From: an uncultured Candidatus Binatia bacterium
Lineage (GTDB): Bacteria > Desulfobacterota > Binatia > UBA9968 > JAJDTQ01
NCBI GenBank assembly: GCA_965242525.1
Contig: OZ251459.1
Location: 1,152,001 to 1,216,000 of the forward strand
Length of the DNA: 64,000 bases
Direction: 5' to 3'
Shown here: in pieces, positions 1 through 9,616 of the stretch
How positions within the stretch are numbered: position 1 is the stretch's first letter
How the letters are laid out: the number at the start of each line of letters is the position of its first letter
The notes under the pieces: generated by a model
What the model was told of the DNA's origin: nothing
The model's input: the letters and a program-made list of their open reading frames with translations, nothing else
Database searches by the model: none
Translations under genes and position numbers: made by a program

Positions 1-320
1 GCGTATCCGCCGACGGGAAAACGGCTGTACATGTCGTATGCGGGGGCGCCGTCCGATCCTTGGCGCCGCCTCGGGAACAACCGGAAACGGTGTTCGAGGG
101 ACAGGTTCTCGGCTATGGCCAAGGTTATCCCCATATTCCCGTTGTGCTCGTCCGGACCGTAGAAATATCCCTTGTCCACGCTGCACAGGAACAACGTGGA
201 CAGCGCCAGCAGCAACAACGGCAGGGTGAAGCGTTCGGGCCGGAATCCGGGGGAGGGACAGGCGCTGGACGGTGGGGTCGATTCGTCTCCGTCTCTCGAA
301 GGCGCATCCGATGGAGCCAT
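1..320 (-). CDS. Multi-pass GT-C-like membrane protein, N-terminal part (runs off the window edge); paralog of 7393-9483 and 12546-14624
   Basis: Not in the ORF track. Manual translation from ATG 320 gives MAPSD...RPERFTLPLLLLALSTLFLCSVDKGYFY...LAIAENLS...RRQGSDGAPAYDMYSRFPVGGY, which aligns with both paralogs. Confidence 0.85.
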   Translation of the reverse strand, partial: MAPSDAPSRDGDESTPPSSACPSPGFRPERFTLPLLLLALSTLFLCSVDKGYFYGPDEHNGNMGITLAIAENLSLEHRFRLFPRRRQGSDGAPAYDMYSRFPVGGY

Positions 321-523
321 TCCCGCGACTATAGCAGACAGGCAGGCCGGGGCAACTTTGCCCCGCTCCCTCGCGGTATCCGCAAGGTCGTCCCTTGCCG
401 GGCGACGGATCCGGGGCCCGCGGTCCGGTGTTCGACGAGACCGCTCTATGGTATAAGTAAGTGTGCCGTCGCGAGTGGGAAGACTCCGAAAGGCGAAAGG
501 TCTCGAACCATGGGACTCGAACC

Positions 524-1450
524 ATGCTGAGACAGGAAGCAATCGCGCGTACGGTTGCCGCGTTATGGAAGACCAACCAGTATGATCTGCCCGCGGACTT
601 CAAGTCATCCTTGAAGGAACGGTACGAGCGGGAGACCAGCGAGTTGGGCAAGGCCCACCTCAAGGCGAACCTGGACGCGGTGGCCGGGGCCTCGGCCCGG
701 AACATGCCTTTCTGCGCCGACACCGGACTGCTGACCTATTACGTGGTCCTGGGCGCCGGGATCATCCACCGGATGGAAGGCGGCTACCGCGCCCTGGAGG
801 AGACCCTGCGCAAGGTGAGCGCCGAGGTCACGTCGGAGATCCCGCTGCGCCCGAACGCGGTCCATCCCCTGACGCGCCACAACCCCAACACCAACCGGGG
901 TCCGGGATGCCCGGACATCAAGGTCCGGGTGGCGCCGGACGCGGATTTCCTGGAGGTCACCAACGTGGCCGTGGGGGGCGGACCGGAGCTGGTGGGCAGC
1001 AGGTTCACGGTGCTGCCGCCCACGGCCGGCGAGAAGGGCGTGCGGAAGTTCGTCGTGGAGTCCACCATCCACCTGGTGCGTCTCGGCGCCACCTGCTCTC
1101 CCAACCTCGTGGGCGTAGGGCTGGGCGGCGCCTTCGAGAACTGCGCCCGCATGGCCAAGGAGGCCGCCATCCTGCGGCCCGTGGGCGACCGCAACCCGGA
1201 CCCGGAGCTGGCCCGACTGGAGGACCGGCTCATGGACGACGTCTCCCGGCTCCGGTTGGGACCTATGGGCATGGGCGGGGCCACCTCGGCTTTCGACGTG
1301 CACGTGGAGATGGCGTTCTGCCACATGGCGACCCTGCCCGTGGCGGTCTATCTCCAGTGCGCCGCCATGCGCCGGACCACGGTGCGGATGTACGCCGACG
1401 GCCGGGTGGAGAGCCGGCCCTTGTCGAGCTGGATGGACCGGGAGGCCTGA
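524..1450 (+). CDS. Fe-S hydro-lyase, fumarate hydratase/tartrate dehydratase alpha-type subunit (divergent)
   Basis: PFCADTG (family CQDTG), LRPNAVHPL, CSP, GVGLGG, GPMGMGG and terminal C..RR motifs; start chosen at ATG 524. Confidence 0.85.
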   Translation: MLRQEAIARTVAALWKTNQYDLPADFKSSLKERYERETSELGKAHLKANLDAVAGASARNMPFCADTGLLTYYVVLGAGIIHRMEGGYRALEETLRKVSAEVTSEIPLRPNAVHPLTRHNPNTNRGPGCPDIKVRVAPDADFLEVTNVAVGGGPELVGSRFTVLPPTAGEKGVRKFVVESTIHLVRLGATCSPNLVGVGLGGAFENCARMAKEAAILRPVGDRNPDPELARLEDRLMDDVSRLRLGPMGMGGATSAFDVHVEMAFCHMATLPVAVYLQCAAMRRTTVRMYADGRVESRPLSSWMDREA

Positions 1451-1451
1451 C

Positions 1452-2063
1452 GTGAGGACGGTCCACCTGGAGAGCCCGGTGAGCGAGGAAACCCTGCGGG
1501 ACCTGGACGCCGGGGACTCGGTCACCCTCAGCGGACGCCTGTTCACCTGCCGCTCCCTGACCTACGACCGCCTGCTGGACCCCGAGGGAGGGGAGGAGGT
1601 CCGGAAACGGCTGAAGGAGCTCGGGGCGGAGACCGTGTTCCACAGCGGGCCGCTGGTCAGGGAAGGGCCTGACCGTGCGGAGATGATCGCCATGGTGCCC
1701 ATGCCGAGCTGGCTCGCGGGGCGCGAGAAGATCGAGAAAGCGGTGGAGGTCCTGGGTCTCAAGGTGGTCATCGGCAAGGGAATGCTCGAAGGGCTGGAAG
1801 GTTTCTGCCAGCGCTCCGGCTGCGTCCACGTTGTGTGCGCCGGCAACTACAACGAGTACGCTTCGCGCGTGGTCCGGGTGGTCGAACGCCGCTGGCCCGA
1901 GCTCGGCCGGCCCGAGGCCATGTGGATCGTGGAAGTGGAACGGCTGGGGCCCTTCATCGTGGACGCGGACACCAAGGGGAAGAGCCTCTACCGGGCCATC
2001 GACGACGACTTCAAGTCGGAGGCCGCGGCCCTCCTGGAGGAACTCGGCATCGAGCTGGACTGA
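1452..2063 (+). CDS. Fe-S hydro-lyase beta-type subunit (fumarase C-terminal domain)
   Basis: L..GD.V.LSG, H.GP, IGKG, LG.PEAMW and D.KG.SLY motifs; directly follows the alpha subunit. Confidence 0.85.
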   Translation: MRTVHLESPVSEETLRDLDAGDSVTLSGRLFTCRSLTYDRLLDPEGGEEVRKRLKELGAETVFHSGPLVREGPDRAEMIAMVPMPSWLAGREKIEKAVEVLGLKVVIGKGMLEGLEGFCQRSGCVHVVCAGNYNEYASRVVRVVERRWPELGRPEAMWIVEVERLGPFIVDADTKGKSLYRAIDDDFKSEAAALLEELGIELD

Positions 2064-2112
2064 CTCGCCGGACGGCCGCCTTGTCCCGCCCGCGCCCCAC
2101 GAACCCACCCCC

Positions 2113-5100
2113 ATGAACCCCATGCTCCGAACCGCGCTCCACGCCGCGGGGGTCGTGCTCGGCGTCCTCGGCCTGGTGCTGGCCCTGCTCCTGTGGCGGC
2201 TGTCGAGCGGTCCCATCTCCCTGGGCTTCCTCTCGCCCTACATCGAGGAAGCGCTCCACCCGGACGGCTCGCCCTACCGCATCGACTTCGACGACACCAT
2301 CCTGACCTGGGGCGGCTGGCGCCAGGCGCCGGACGTCCGCATGACCGGGGTGCGCATCGCGGAGGCCGACGGCCGCACCCTGGTGGAGGCGCCGCAGGTG
2401 TCCCTGGGGCTGGACCGGGCCGCGTTGCTGCGCCGGGCCGTCGCGCTGTCGTCCATCGAACTGATCGGGCCGCAGGCGAACCTGGTCCGCCGCAGGGAAG
2501 GGGGGATGGGCTTGGCCGCGGCGGAGGGCGCGGGGGACGACTCCCTGGGCGCCCTGGCGGCCTACCTGCTCGCCCCGTCCCGGGAGGACTCCCTGCTGGC
2601 CGGGCTCGAGCACGTGGGGGTTTCGGAGGCCCGCATCACCGTCGAGGACGAGTCCACCGGCCGGACCCTGGCCCTGCGCGAGGTGGGTCTCGTCATCGAC
2701 GCGGACAGCAGGGACGTCAAGGTCAACGGTACGTTGTCGCTGGACGCCGACGCCCGGGTCCGGTTCCTGGTCCTCCACCACCGGGACGGCGGACGCACCG
2801 ACGTACTGGTCACCTTCTCCCGACTGGACCCGGCAAGCCTCGCCGCGTTCTTCCACCGGCACGCAGAGGCCCTGTCCGCGGTCCGGGCGCCGCTCTCGGG
2901 CAAGGCGTCGCTGAGCCTGACGCCGGCCGGTGCGGTGGAAGAGGTCGATTTCGAAGTCCGGGGCGAGGCCGGCGGCATCGTGCTGCCCAAGGTCTTCCGG
3001 GCGCCGGTGCCGGTGCGGCGGCTCGCGGCCGTGGGGACCGTGGACGCGGGTCTCTCCCGGCTCAGGTTGGAGTCCTTCAGCCTCGACACCCCCGGACCCA
3101 GGTTCCTGTTCAACGGCGTGTTCCGGCGGAGCGCGGCCGGCGTCGGCGTCGAGGGGCGCTTCCAGGCCCTCGGGCTCCGGTTCGACGAGCTTTCCTACTA
3201 CTGGCCCGAGGACGCCGTCGGCAACGGCGGTCGGCGCTGGATACTGGACAACGTCGACGCCGGCGTCATCACCCGCCTGGACGCGAAGCTCGCCATGGAA
3301 CCGGGAGCCCCGGAGGACCGCGGGGGCGGGGCCGCGGCGGTCTCCGGCACGCTCGCGTTCGAGGACGCCCGCATCCACTACCTCCGTCCCATGCCTCCGG
3401 TGGAAGGGGTGGACGGGGCGGGGAGTTTCACCGGCGATTCCCTGGAACTGGAGTTGAGCGGCGGCCGTCTGTCCGGGGTCGCGGCGCCGCGCGCGACCGC
3501 ACGGTTGAGCGGAATCCACGGCGAGGGTCCCCGCCTGCGGGTGGAGGCGGAGGCGGAGGGACCGGCCGCGGACGTGCTCGCCCTGCTGGACCATCCGCGC
3601 CTGGGGCTGGCGGGCGAGGCGGGGTTCCGGCCGGAGGGGGTCGGGGGCAGGGTGCGCGGCGGCTTCACCGTCGATCTGCCCCTGCTCGCGCCCGAGGACG
3701 TGGAGGTGACCGCCGCGGCCCGGGTGGAGGACGGCCGCATGTCCCTGTTCGACGGGCGGTTCGACGTGACCCGGGCCGCGCTGCGCCTCGACGTGGACCC
3801 CGCGGGCATGGACCTCCGGGGAACGGTGCGGGTCCAGGACACGCCTGCGACCGTCATCGGGCGGGAGAACTTCGGCGGCGGCGCGCCGTTCGCGCGGCGT
3901 TACGACCTGTCCATGGCCCTCACGCCCGAGGGGCAGGCCGCCTTGGGGATCGATCCGGCGCCCTACGTGCAGGGGAAGGCCGCGCTTCGCGCGGTCTTCA
4001 CGGACCCGGGGCGGGGACCGCCCCGGGCAGACATCGAGATCGACGCGAAAGAGGCGAGGCTGGAGATCCCGGAGATCCTGTGGGACAAGCCCGAAGGCGA
4101 GGCCGGGAAGGTGAGCGTCCGGGCCGAGTTCCCCGCGGGCGGCGGCGTCGAGCTGGAGTCCATCGACGTCCGGACCGAAAGTTTCAGCGCTCTGGGACGA
4201 GGGGCCCTGGGCCCCGGTTGGGACTCCCTCCGGGACCTCACGGTCGCCCACGTCCGATACGGCCGGAACGACGTCGCCGGGCGCATGGAGCGGGACGGCG
4301 ACGCGGGTTGGCGCGTCTCGGTCAGCGGCGCGAGCCTCGACGCGAGGCCGTACCTGGAGGGCCTCATGGACGAGGATGAGGCCCCGGCATCGACTCCGTT
4401 GACCCTGGACCTGGAGGTGGGGCGCTTGGTCACCGCGGAAGGCCGGCAACTGGCCGATACCCGCGGGCGTTTCGTCACCGGTCCCGGGGGCCGGCGCACC
4501 GGGTTCCTCGAAGGGAAGCTCCCCACCGGAGGTGCGCTGCGCCTGACCCTGAAGCCCCTGGGCGCCAAGCGCCGGTTGATCGTGCAGTCCAACGACGCAG
4601 GGGCGGTGGCGCGCGCCTTCGACCTCTACCGGGACGCCGTCGGCGGCCGCCTGCTGATGGACGCGGTGGTGCACGACGACCTGCCGGACCGGCCCGTCAC
4701 CGGCACGGTGACGGTTCGCGACTACCGGGTGGTCAACGCTTCGACGTTGGCCGAGATCCTCTCCGCCGCGTCCTTGACCGGCTTCCTGGACCTGCTGCGC
4801 AGCGACGGCATCGCCTTCTCCACCTTCACCTTGCCCTTCTCCGTCGAGGGCGGCGTCCTCGAGGTGGAGGACGCCAAGGCCGCGGGCACGGCCCTGGGCC
4901 TCAACGCCGAGGGAACGGTGGACCTCCGGACCGACGCGGTGCGCATCCGGGGCACCATCGTACCGGCCTATACGCTCAACAGCTTCGTGGGCAACATTCC
5001 GCTGATTGGAGACCTGCTGAAGGTGGGGCAGGGCGAGGGGCTGTTCGCGGCCACCTACCGGGTCACCGGCTCCCGGGAGCGGCCCGAGGTGGCCGTCAAC

Positions 5101-5235
5101 CCGCTGTCGGCCCTGGCGCCGGCGTTCCTGCGCAAGCTGTTCTCGTTCCCCGGGAAGGACCCCGGAGAAGGGAAGGCCGCTAGAACCCCGGCGGCGCCTT
5201 CTTCCTCCGCTCCAGCCCCCGCCAAGTCTCCATGA
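2113..5235 (+). CDS. AsmA-like/YhdP (DUF3971-type) envelope protein
   Basis: N-terminal TM followed by RLSSGPISL, long beta-rich body, C-terminal GTIVPAYTLNS...IP..G...GLFA.TY.V.G....P.V.VNPLS.LAP. Confidence 0.8.
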   Translation: MNPMLRTALHAAGVVLGVLGLVLALLLWRLSSGPISLGFLSPYIEEALHPDGSPYRIDFDDTILTWGGWRQAPDVRMTGVRIAEADGRTLVEAPQVSLGLDRAALLRRAVALSSIELIGPQANLVRRREGGMGLAAAEGAGDDSLGALAAYLLAPSREDSLLAGLEHVGVSEARITVEDESTGRTLALREVGLVIDADSRDVKVNGTLSLDADARVRFLVLHHRDGGRTDVLVTFSRLDPASLAAFFHRHAEALSAVRAPLSGKASLSLTPAGAVEEVDFEVRGEAGGIVLPKVFRAPVPVRRLAAVGTVDAGLSRLRLESFSLDTPGPRFLFNGVFRRSAAGVGVEGRFQALGLRFDELSYYWPEDAVGNGGRRWILDNVDAGVITRLDAKLAMEPGAPEDRGGGAAAVSGTLAFEDARIHYLRPMPPVEGVDGAGSFTGDSLELELSGGRLSGVAAPRATARLSGIHGEGPRLRVEAEAEGPAADVLALLDHPRLGLAGEAGFRPEGVGGRVRGGFTVDLPLLAPEDVEVTAAARVEDGRMSLFDGRFDVTRAALRLDVDPAGMDLRGTVRVQDTPATVIGRENFGGGAPFARRYDLSMALTPEGQAALGIDPAPYVQGKAALRAVFTDPGRGPPRADIEIDAKEARLEIPEILWDKPEGEAGKVSVRAEFPAGGGVELESIDVRTESFSALGRGALGPGWDSLRDLTVAHVRYGRNDVAGRMERDGDAGWRVSVSGASLDARPYLEGLMDEDEAPASTPLTLDLEVGRLVTAEGRQLADTRGRFVTGPGGRRTGFLEGKLPTGGALRLTLKPLGAKRRLIVQSNDAGAVARAFDLYRDAVGGRLLMDAVVHDDLPDRPVTGTVTVRDYRVVNASTLAEILSAASLTGFLDLLRSDGIAFSTFTLPFSVEGGVLEVEDAKAAGTALGLNAEGTVDLRTDAVRIRGTIVPAYTLNSFVGNIPLIGDLLKVGQGEGLFAATYRVTGSRERPEVAVNPLSALAPAFLRKLFSFPGKDPGEGKAARTPAAPSSSAPAPAKSP

Positions 5236-5836
5236 CCTCCTCGGAGGAGGCCACCACGCCGAAGTGGCGGCGGGTGTTCTCCAGGGTGGCTTCGTGGAGC
5301 GCGGGGTCGGAAGTGGCCATGCAGTCGTCCACCATGGTCACGTAGTAGTCCATCATGAAGGCGTCCCGGGCGGTGCTTTCCACGCATACGTTGGTGGCCA
5401 CGCCGGTCATGAGCACGCTCTCGACCCCTTTGGCCTTGAGTATGGTGTCGAGGTCGGTGTTGATGAAGGCGCTGTAGCGGTGCTTGACCACCACTCGTTC
5501 GTCCGCCCGGGGCTCGATGCCCTCGAAGAAATCCGCGCCCCAGGACCCCTCACGGCAGGTGTCGAGGTCGATGCCGCTGGGTTTGCGGTAGAGCCAGGAC
5601 GGGGTGTCGGTCCACTCGCTGTGGATGGTCTGGATGTAGATGACCGGCAGGCCCACTTCCCGCGCTTCGCCGATGAGCTCGAGCAGCCGGGGCACCATAC
5701 GGAGCCCCGACGCGACGTCCGCGCCGCGTTTGGCCAGGGCCCCTTCCGGACTACAGAAGTCGTTCTGCACGTCCACCACGATGAGGGCCGCCAGGGAAGG
5801 GGCGCAACGTTCTTCGAGACTCCTCAAGACGCTCAT
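5180..5836 (-). CDS. Cysteine hydrolase, isochorismatase family (RutB-like)
   Basis: VVDVQNDF, KHRYSAF and GVATNVCVESTARDA give the D-K-C triad; 3' end overlaps the convergent gene by 56 bp. Confidence 0.9.
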   Translation of the reverse strand: MSVLRSLEERCAPSLAALIVVDVQNDFCSPEGALAKRGADVASGLRMVPRLLELIGEAREVGLPVIYIQTIHSEWTDTPSWLYRKPSGIDLDTCREGSWGADFFEGIEPRADERVVVKHRYSAFINTDLDTILKAKGVESVLMTGVATNVCVESTARDAFMMDYYVTMVDDCMATSDPALHEATLENTRRHFGVVASSEEVMETWRGLERRKKAPPGF

Positions 5837-5910
5837 CCTTGCCTCCTTCGTCCGCTTCGGAACGCGGACGCTTCGTCAGCCGGGCAGTCTCTTACACGGT
5901 GGGCCGATTG

Positions 5911-7155
5911 TCAATACGCGCAGACCTCCGGGCGTTGCTCGATGTATTCGAGCAGGGCCTCTGCGGCCCATTGGTGGCCGGCGGGGTTCCAGTGGCCGTC
6001 GTGGGGCCATTGGGCGTCCGTGAGCGCGGCGCCCCGGCGAAGGATGTAGTCGGCCTGGTCGATGACGGGAATGTCCAGGGTTGCGGCCATTTGGCTCGTT
6101 CGCTCGAACACGCGGGTTCCGTGGGTCTTCAATTCGTGCGTCGCCAGGATGACCAGCGCGGCGCCGTCCCGGTCGGCGCGCTGCTTGAACTGCTCCAGCG
6201 CGAAGCGGGTGTATTCCAGCGCCTCCTCGAAAAGGGGAGGCAGGTCCCGGCGAGCGAAGACTCGCACCATGTCGCGCCGGGTGGTGGGCCGCCATCCTTC
6301 GAGCAGCGCGGCATGGCCGGGCTGCCGCATCAGGGTTTCCCCGTCCCGGATGAGTCGGTGGTCCCGTTCGGGAGGAAACAGGGCTTTCTTCTTGGCCTGC
6401 AACCAGAGGGCGAGCCACGAACGTTCCACCGATTGCCCCTCTGTGCGGACGGCCCACGAAGCCCGGGTCGGAGAAACGGATGGAAGCAGGTCCCGGGGGA
6501 GGAGCCATGCCACTTCCAATTCCCCGTCCGAGCGCCTTCTCACCGTGGGCTCCAAACGATGTCTCTGGCCCCATTTGCCCAATTGCACCACCCTCAGAAG
6601 CGGCGCGTTGTTGATGAAATCATTGGTAACGAAGACCAGCACGAGCAGTTCGGGACGGAGCCGCCGGGCATATTCGTCGTAGAACGGCAGTTGCTGGACT
6701 TGGCCGGTGTTTCCCATCCCGAAGGCCGAAGTCGTGACGTCCGGGCGGGGCAACCGGCCGGCGGCGAGTTCTTCGAGACGGACATGGAGCTTGCGGTGGA
6801 TGGGGACTTGCAGGGCCTCCACGAAGGAGTCGCCGATGATGGATATATGGCAGGTTGCCGCGGCGCGTTCGGGGCTCGGGGGCTCACGGTCGAGGAAGCC
6901 CAGGCTGTTGGCGCGGGAGACGTTCCAGTAGTCGAGTCCGTTGGTATGGCGTATCTCCGTGTTCGGCCGCCTGAGATGGCCGACGTCGGGGACGAACTCC
7001 AGGGGCAGGAACGACCGCATGAACGGCGCGGTCAGCCGGAAGTACGCCTCGCCGGCCAACGCCGCCAGCGCGACGCCCGCGGCCAACAGAAGCGCGTTCC
7101 AGCCGAGCAAGCGCATGGCGCCGCGGCGCCGGCGTCCGCTCATCGTTTCCCCCAT
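5911..7155 (-). CDS. Membrane-anchored SGNH/GDSL hydrolase-like protein (possible O-acyltransferase/esterase)
   Basis: N-terminal TM, NSLGF.D, IGDSF (Ser), ND block, DGHWNPAGH (DxH). Confidence 0.8.
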   Translation of the reverse strand: MGETMSGRRRRGAMRLLGWNALLLAAGVALAALAGEAYFRLTAPFMRSFLPLEFVPDVGHLRRPNTEIRHTNGLDYWNVSRANSLGFLDREPPSPERAAATCHISIIGDSFVEALQVPIHRKLHVRLEELAAGRLPRPDVTTSAFGMGNTGQVQQLPFYDEYARRLRPELLVLVFVTNDFINNAPLLRVVQLGKWGQRHRLEPTVRRRSDGELEVAWLLPRDLLPSVSPTRASWAVRTEGQSVERSWLALWLQAKKKALFPPERDHRLIRDGETLMRQPGHAALLEGWRPTTRRDMVRVFARRDLPPLFEEALEYTRFALEQFKQRADRDGAALVILATHELKTHGTRVFERTSQMAATLDIPVIDQADYILRRGAALTDAQWPHDGHWNPAGHQWAAEALLEYIEQRPEVCAY

Positions 7156-7200
7156 CTCGCAGTAGAGTTATCCGATGGGAGACCGGATTCCAACCCGTCT

Positions 7201-7299
7201 TCATCCTCGTTCGGTGTTGGACGCACCTTCGTCAGTGTCGTCCAATGCATGGCCGTCGGCAAAGGACTCGCGTCGAGTAGTCACGAACCGCGTCAGCAT
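7201..7299 (-). pseudogene. 5' remnant of the alpha/beta hydrolase gene left by the duplication
   Basis: Encodes MLTRFVTTRRESFADGHA, identical to the start of 10471-12468, then unrelated sequence and a stop after 32 aa. Confidence 0.85.
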
Positions 7300-9512
7300 G
7301 GGGCGCCTCCGGCAGCCGAATGAGTGGGACCGTTGGGAAGACGCCCAGCTTGACCGCTCCGCTGTCATCATTCTATTCTACGATCCTTGGCCATGCCGCG
7401 AACGTCGATCTTTGGAAGAAGGAGATCCTTTCCCCCCGGCCGGGAGCGGCCTGAACGCTTCACCCTGCTGTTGCTGCTGATCGCGCTATCCGCGTTGTTC
7501 CTGTGCAGCGTGGACAAGGGATACTTCTACCGTCCCTTCAAGCATAGGTGGACTTCCGTGCAGGATTTGACGATAGCCGATAACCTGTCGCCGGATCACA
7601 ATTTCCGGCTGTTCCGGTGGCTGGAAACGGGACCGGGACCGGGCCGCGCCCCCACCTACCAGATCCACAGCCGCTTTCCCGTGGGCGGTTACGCGCTCAT
7701 CAAACTCGCCATCCTCCCCTTCGGAAACGACCTGTCCGCCAAGATCCTCGCCGCCCGGATGCTGATGTTGCTGTTGTTCAGCGGTGCTGCGCTCCTGGCC
7801 TTCCACTCCCTCGCCCGGATCGCCTCCCACCGATGGGCGGCGCTGGCCGCCACCCTCGCGGCCTTCTCCTCCTACTACATGCTGTTCTACGGCAACGCGG
7901 TTTCCGTGGAGCACAGCGTGGGCCTGTTCGCGGTCATGCTGGCCTTCCACGGCATGGTGGTGTTCGTGCAGGAGGGACGGTTCCGGCAGTTGCTGGCCAA
8001 GACCTTCGTTGCGCTGCTGCTGGACTGGCACGTGTATGCGTTCCTGCTGCCGTTCATCCTCCTGGGCCTATGGAGTGGGGCTGTCCGGGCGTGGAAGGAC
8101 GGGACTGCTGTGCGGCTGCGCTCTGCCGGGGCGGCGGTGCTGCACAGCCGCTACATGGCGCTTGGCTTGGCCTCGCTGCTCTTCGGCGCGGCCGTCCTGG
8201 GCTTCAACTTCGCCAACGAGTACGCTGCCTTGGGAGGCCGGACGGCAGTGACCGAACTGCCGTCGTTCGAGTCCATGCTCAGGCGGACCGGACTGAAGAA
8301 CCGAATCCTCGAAGACCATGATTGGTGGCTGCCCTTCCTGCAACAGCAGTTCTACCGTGTCTGCGGGGCATCCGTTCCATCGGTGCTGACCGACTGGGGA
8401 GCCGGTTTGCAGGGGTGGTTCCCCTCGGTTCCCTCTTCGGCGTCAGGCTTTTCGCCGCCCGACCTTTCGGCGCCGAAGTTATCGGTTTACCTCCTGTTGT
8501 TGCTGATGGCGGTGCTCGCCCCCACGGTCATGGTTCGGCTTGCGAGGTCGCTGTTGCCAGGGCGGTCCCGTATGCTGCTGGCCACCCTTGCCCTGTCCGG
8601 GTTCTTCTGGGCCCTTCCCATGCGCCACCACGTTGCCTCCCACCTTCAGGAGGCCCTGTACTACGTGGGCGTCCCGCTGGTGTTCTACTCACTGCTCCTG
8701 CTGTACGTCCGCAGGCGCTGGGGGCGTGGACCGGTAGTCGGCCTTGCGGTTGCGGCCCTGCTCGCCTTCGTGGTCTCCCTCTTCCAGATGGAGCGGCGAT
8801 GGCGCCCTGACGCCCGGGGGGCCGAGATCCAACGAACCGTCATGGCCGAACTCGGGGCCATCCGCGAAACCACCCGGGGAAAGGCAGTCCTGGTCCTCGG
8901 GTCCGTCGAGCCGGAATGGTCCTGGCAGGTCATGGAGGAGTCCCGTCCATGGCGGTACTATCTCGCCGGAAGCGTCCTGGCGCAGTCCCCTGCCATGGAA
9001 GTGGCCGCCCGCGCCGCGGACTTCATCGTCGCCCTCGACCGCGTGGAGAGCGACGCCCTGCTCACACCCGGTAACCAACGGGTGTTCCTGTATGGTTCCG
9101 CGGGTATCGACGACTTGGCGGGATTGTACCGGGCCACGTACCAACGGGTGGTGTCCGGAGAACCTGCGGCGCGCTCCCACTTCGACGTCTATCTCGGCGA
9201 CCGCGCGCTGTTCCATGTCAAGGAGCCCTGCGTCTCGAAGGATATGGGAGTATGGAGCATAGCGAAGTTCGTCCCGGAAGATCCCAGGGACCTGCCCAAA
9301 AGGCGCAGGCAGCGCCGCGCGACTCTTCGCATCCCCTCCCAGCAAAGCAACACGCTGTTCGAGGGGAAGTGCATCGCCATCTTTTCACTCCCCGATTACC
9401 CCGTCTCCAGCATCCTGACGGGACGATTGCACGCAAGCGAAGGCGCCCGTAGCTGGAGGGTAAAGATACCGGCGAGCCGGTAGTCGCCGCCGGACGAAGC
9501 CATCGACGCTCT
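7244..9512 (+). repeat. Copy 1 of a ~2.25 kb direct duplication (copy 2 at 12413-14653)
   Basis: Long near-identical nucleotide stretches covering the upstream intergenic region, the gene and ~30 bp after the stop. Confidence 0.9.
7393..9483 (+). CDS. Multi-pass membrane protein, GT-C/ArnT-like by inference, with C-terminal Cys-pair domain
   Basis: About a dozen hydrophobic segments, HSRFPVGGY loop, C-terminal S.FDVYL...KEPC...DLP...GKC...LPDYP domain; start uncertain. Confidence 0.7.
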   Translation: MPRTSIFGRRRSFPPGRERPERFTLLLLLIALSALFLCSVDKGYFYRPFKHRWTSVQDLTIADNLSPDHNFRLFRWLETGPGPGRAPTYQIHSRFPVGGYALIKLAILPFGNDLSAKILAARMLMLLLFSGAALLAFHSLARIASHRWAALAATLAAFSSYYMLFYGNAVSVEHSVGLFAVMLAFHGMVVFVQEGRFRQLLAKTFVALLLDWHVYAFLLPFILLGLWSGAVRAWKDGTAVRLRSAGAAVLHSRYMALGLASLLFGAAVLGFNFANEYAALGGRTAVTELPSFESMLRRTGLKNRILEDHDWWLPFLQQQFYRVCGASVPSVLTDWGAGLQGWFPSVPSSASGFSPPDLSAPKLSVYLLLLLMAVLAPTVMVRLARSLLPGRSRMLLATLALSGFFWALPMRHHVASHLQEALYYVGVPLVFYSLLLLYVRRRWGRGPVVGLAVAALLAFVVSLFQMERRWRPDARGAEIQRTVMAELGAIRETTRGKAVLVLGSVEPEWSWQVMEESRPWRYYLAGSVLAQSPAMEVAARAADFIVALDRVESDALLTPGNQRVFLYGSAGIDDLAGLYRATYQRVVSGEPAARSHFDVYLGDRALFHVKEPCVSKDMGVWSIAKFVPEDPRDLPKRRRQRRATLRIPSQQSNTLFEGKCIAIFSLPDYPVSSILTGRLHASEGARSWRVKIPASR

Positions 9513-9616
9513 CGGCGTCGGACGGTCCTTCCGCTTGACGGCCGCGGCCATCCGGGCGTAACTTCCCGCTGGTCCCGGGGACTCCCCCGGTCGGGACGGA
9601 AACGGAAGGAGGCGCC

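Noticed and set aside
1448-1452. Read-through of the TGA joining hydro-lyase alpha and beta subunits
   Set aside because: The beta subunit is in a different frame with its own GTG start and a GGAGG upstream; split forms are normal in this family
2011-4674. Long antisense or alternative-frame ORFs (also 30957-33422, 49908-51974, 51944-55303, 57501-59321 and many others)
   Set aside because: Shadows of well-supported genes, expected in high-GC DNA, with no recognisable motifs
5180-5235. Convergent 56 bp overlap of the AsmA-like and cysteine hydrolase genes
   Set aside because: Short tail-to-tail overlaps with low-complexity ends are common in GC-rich genomes
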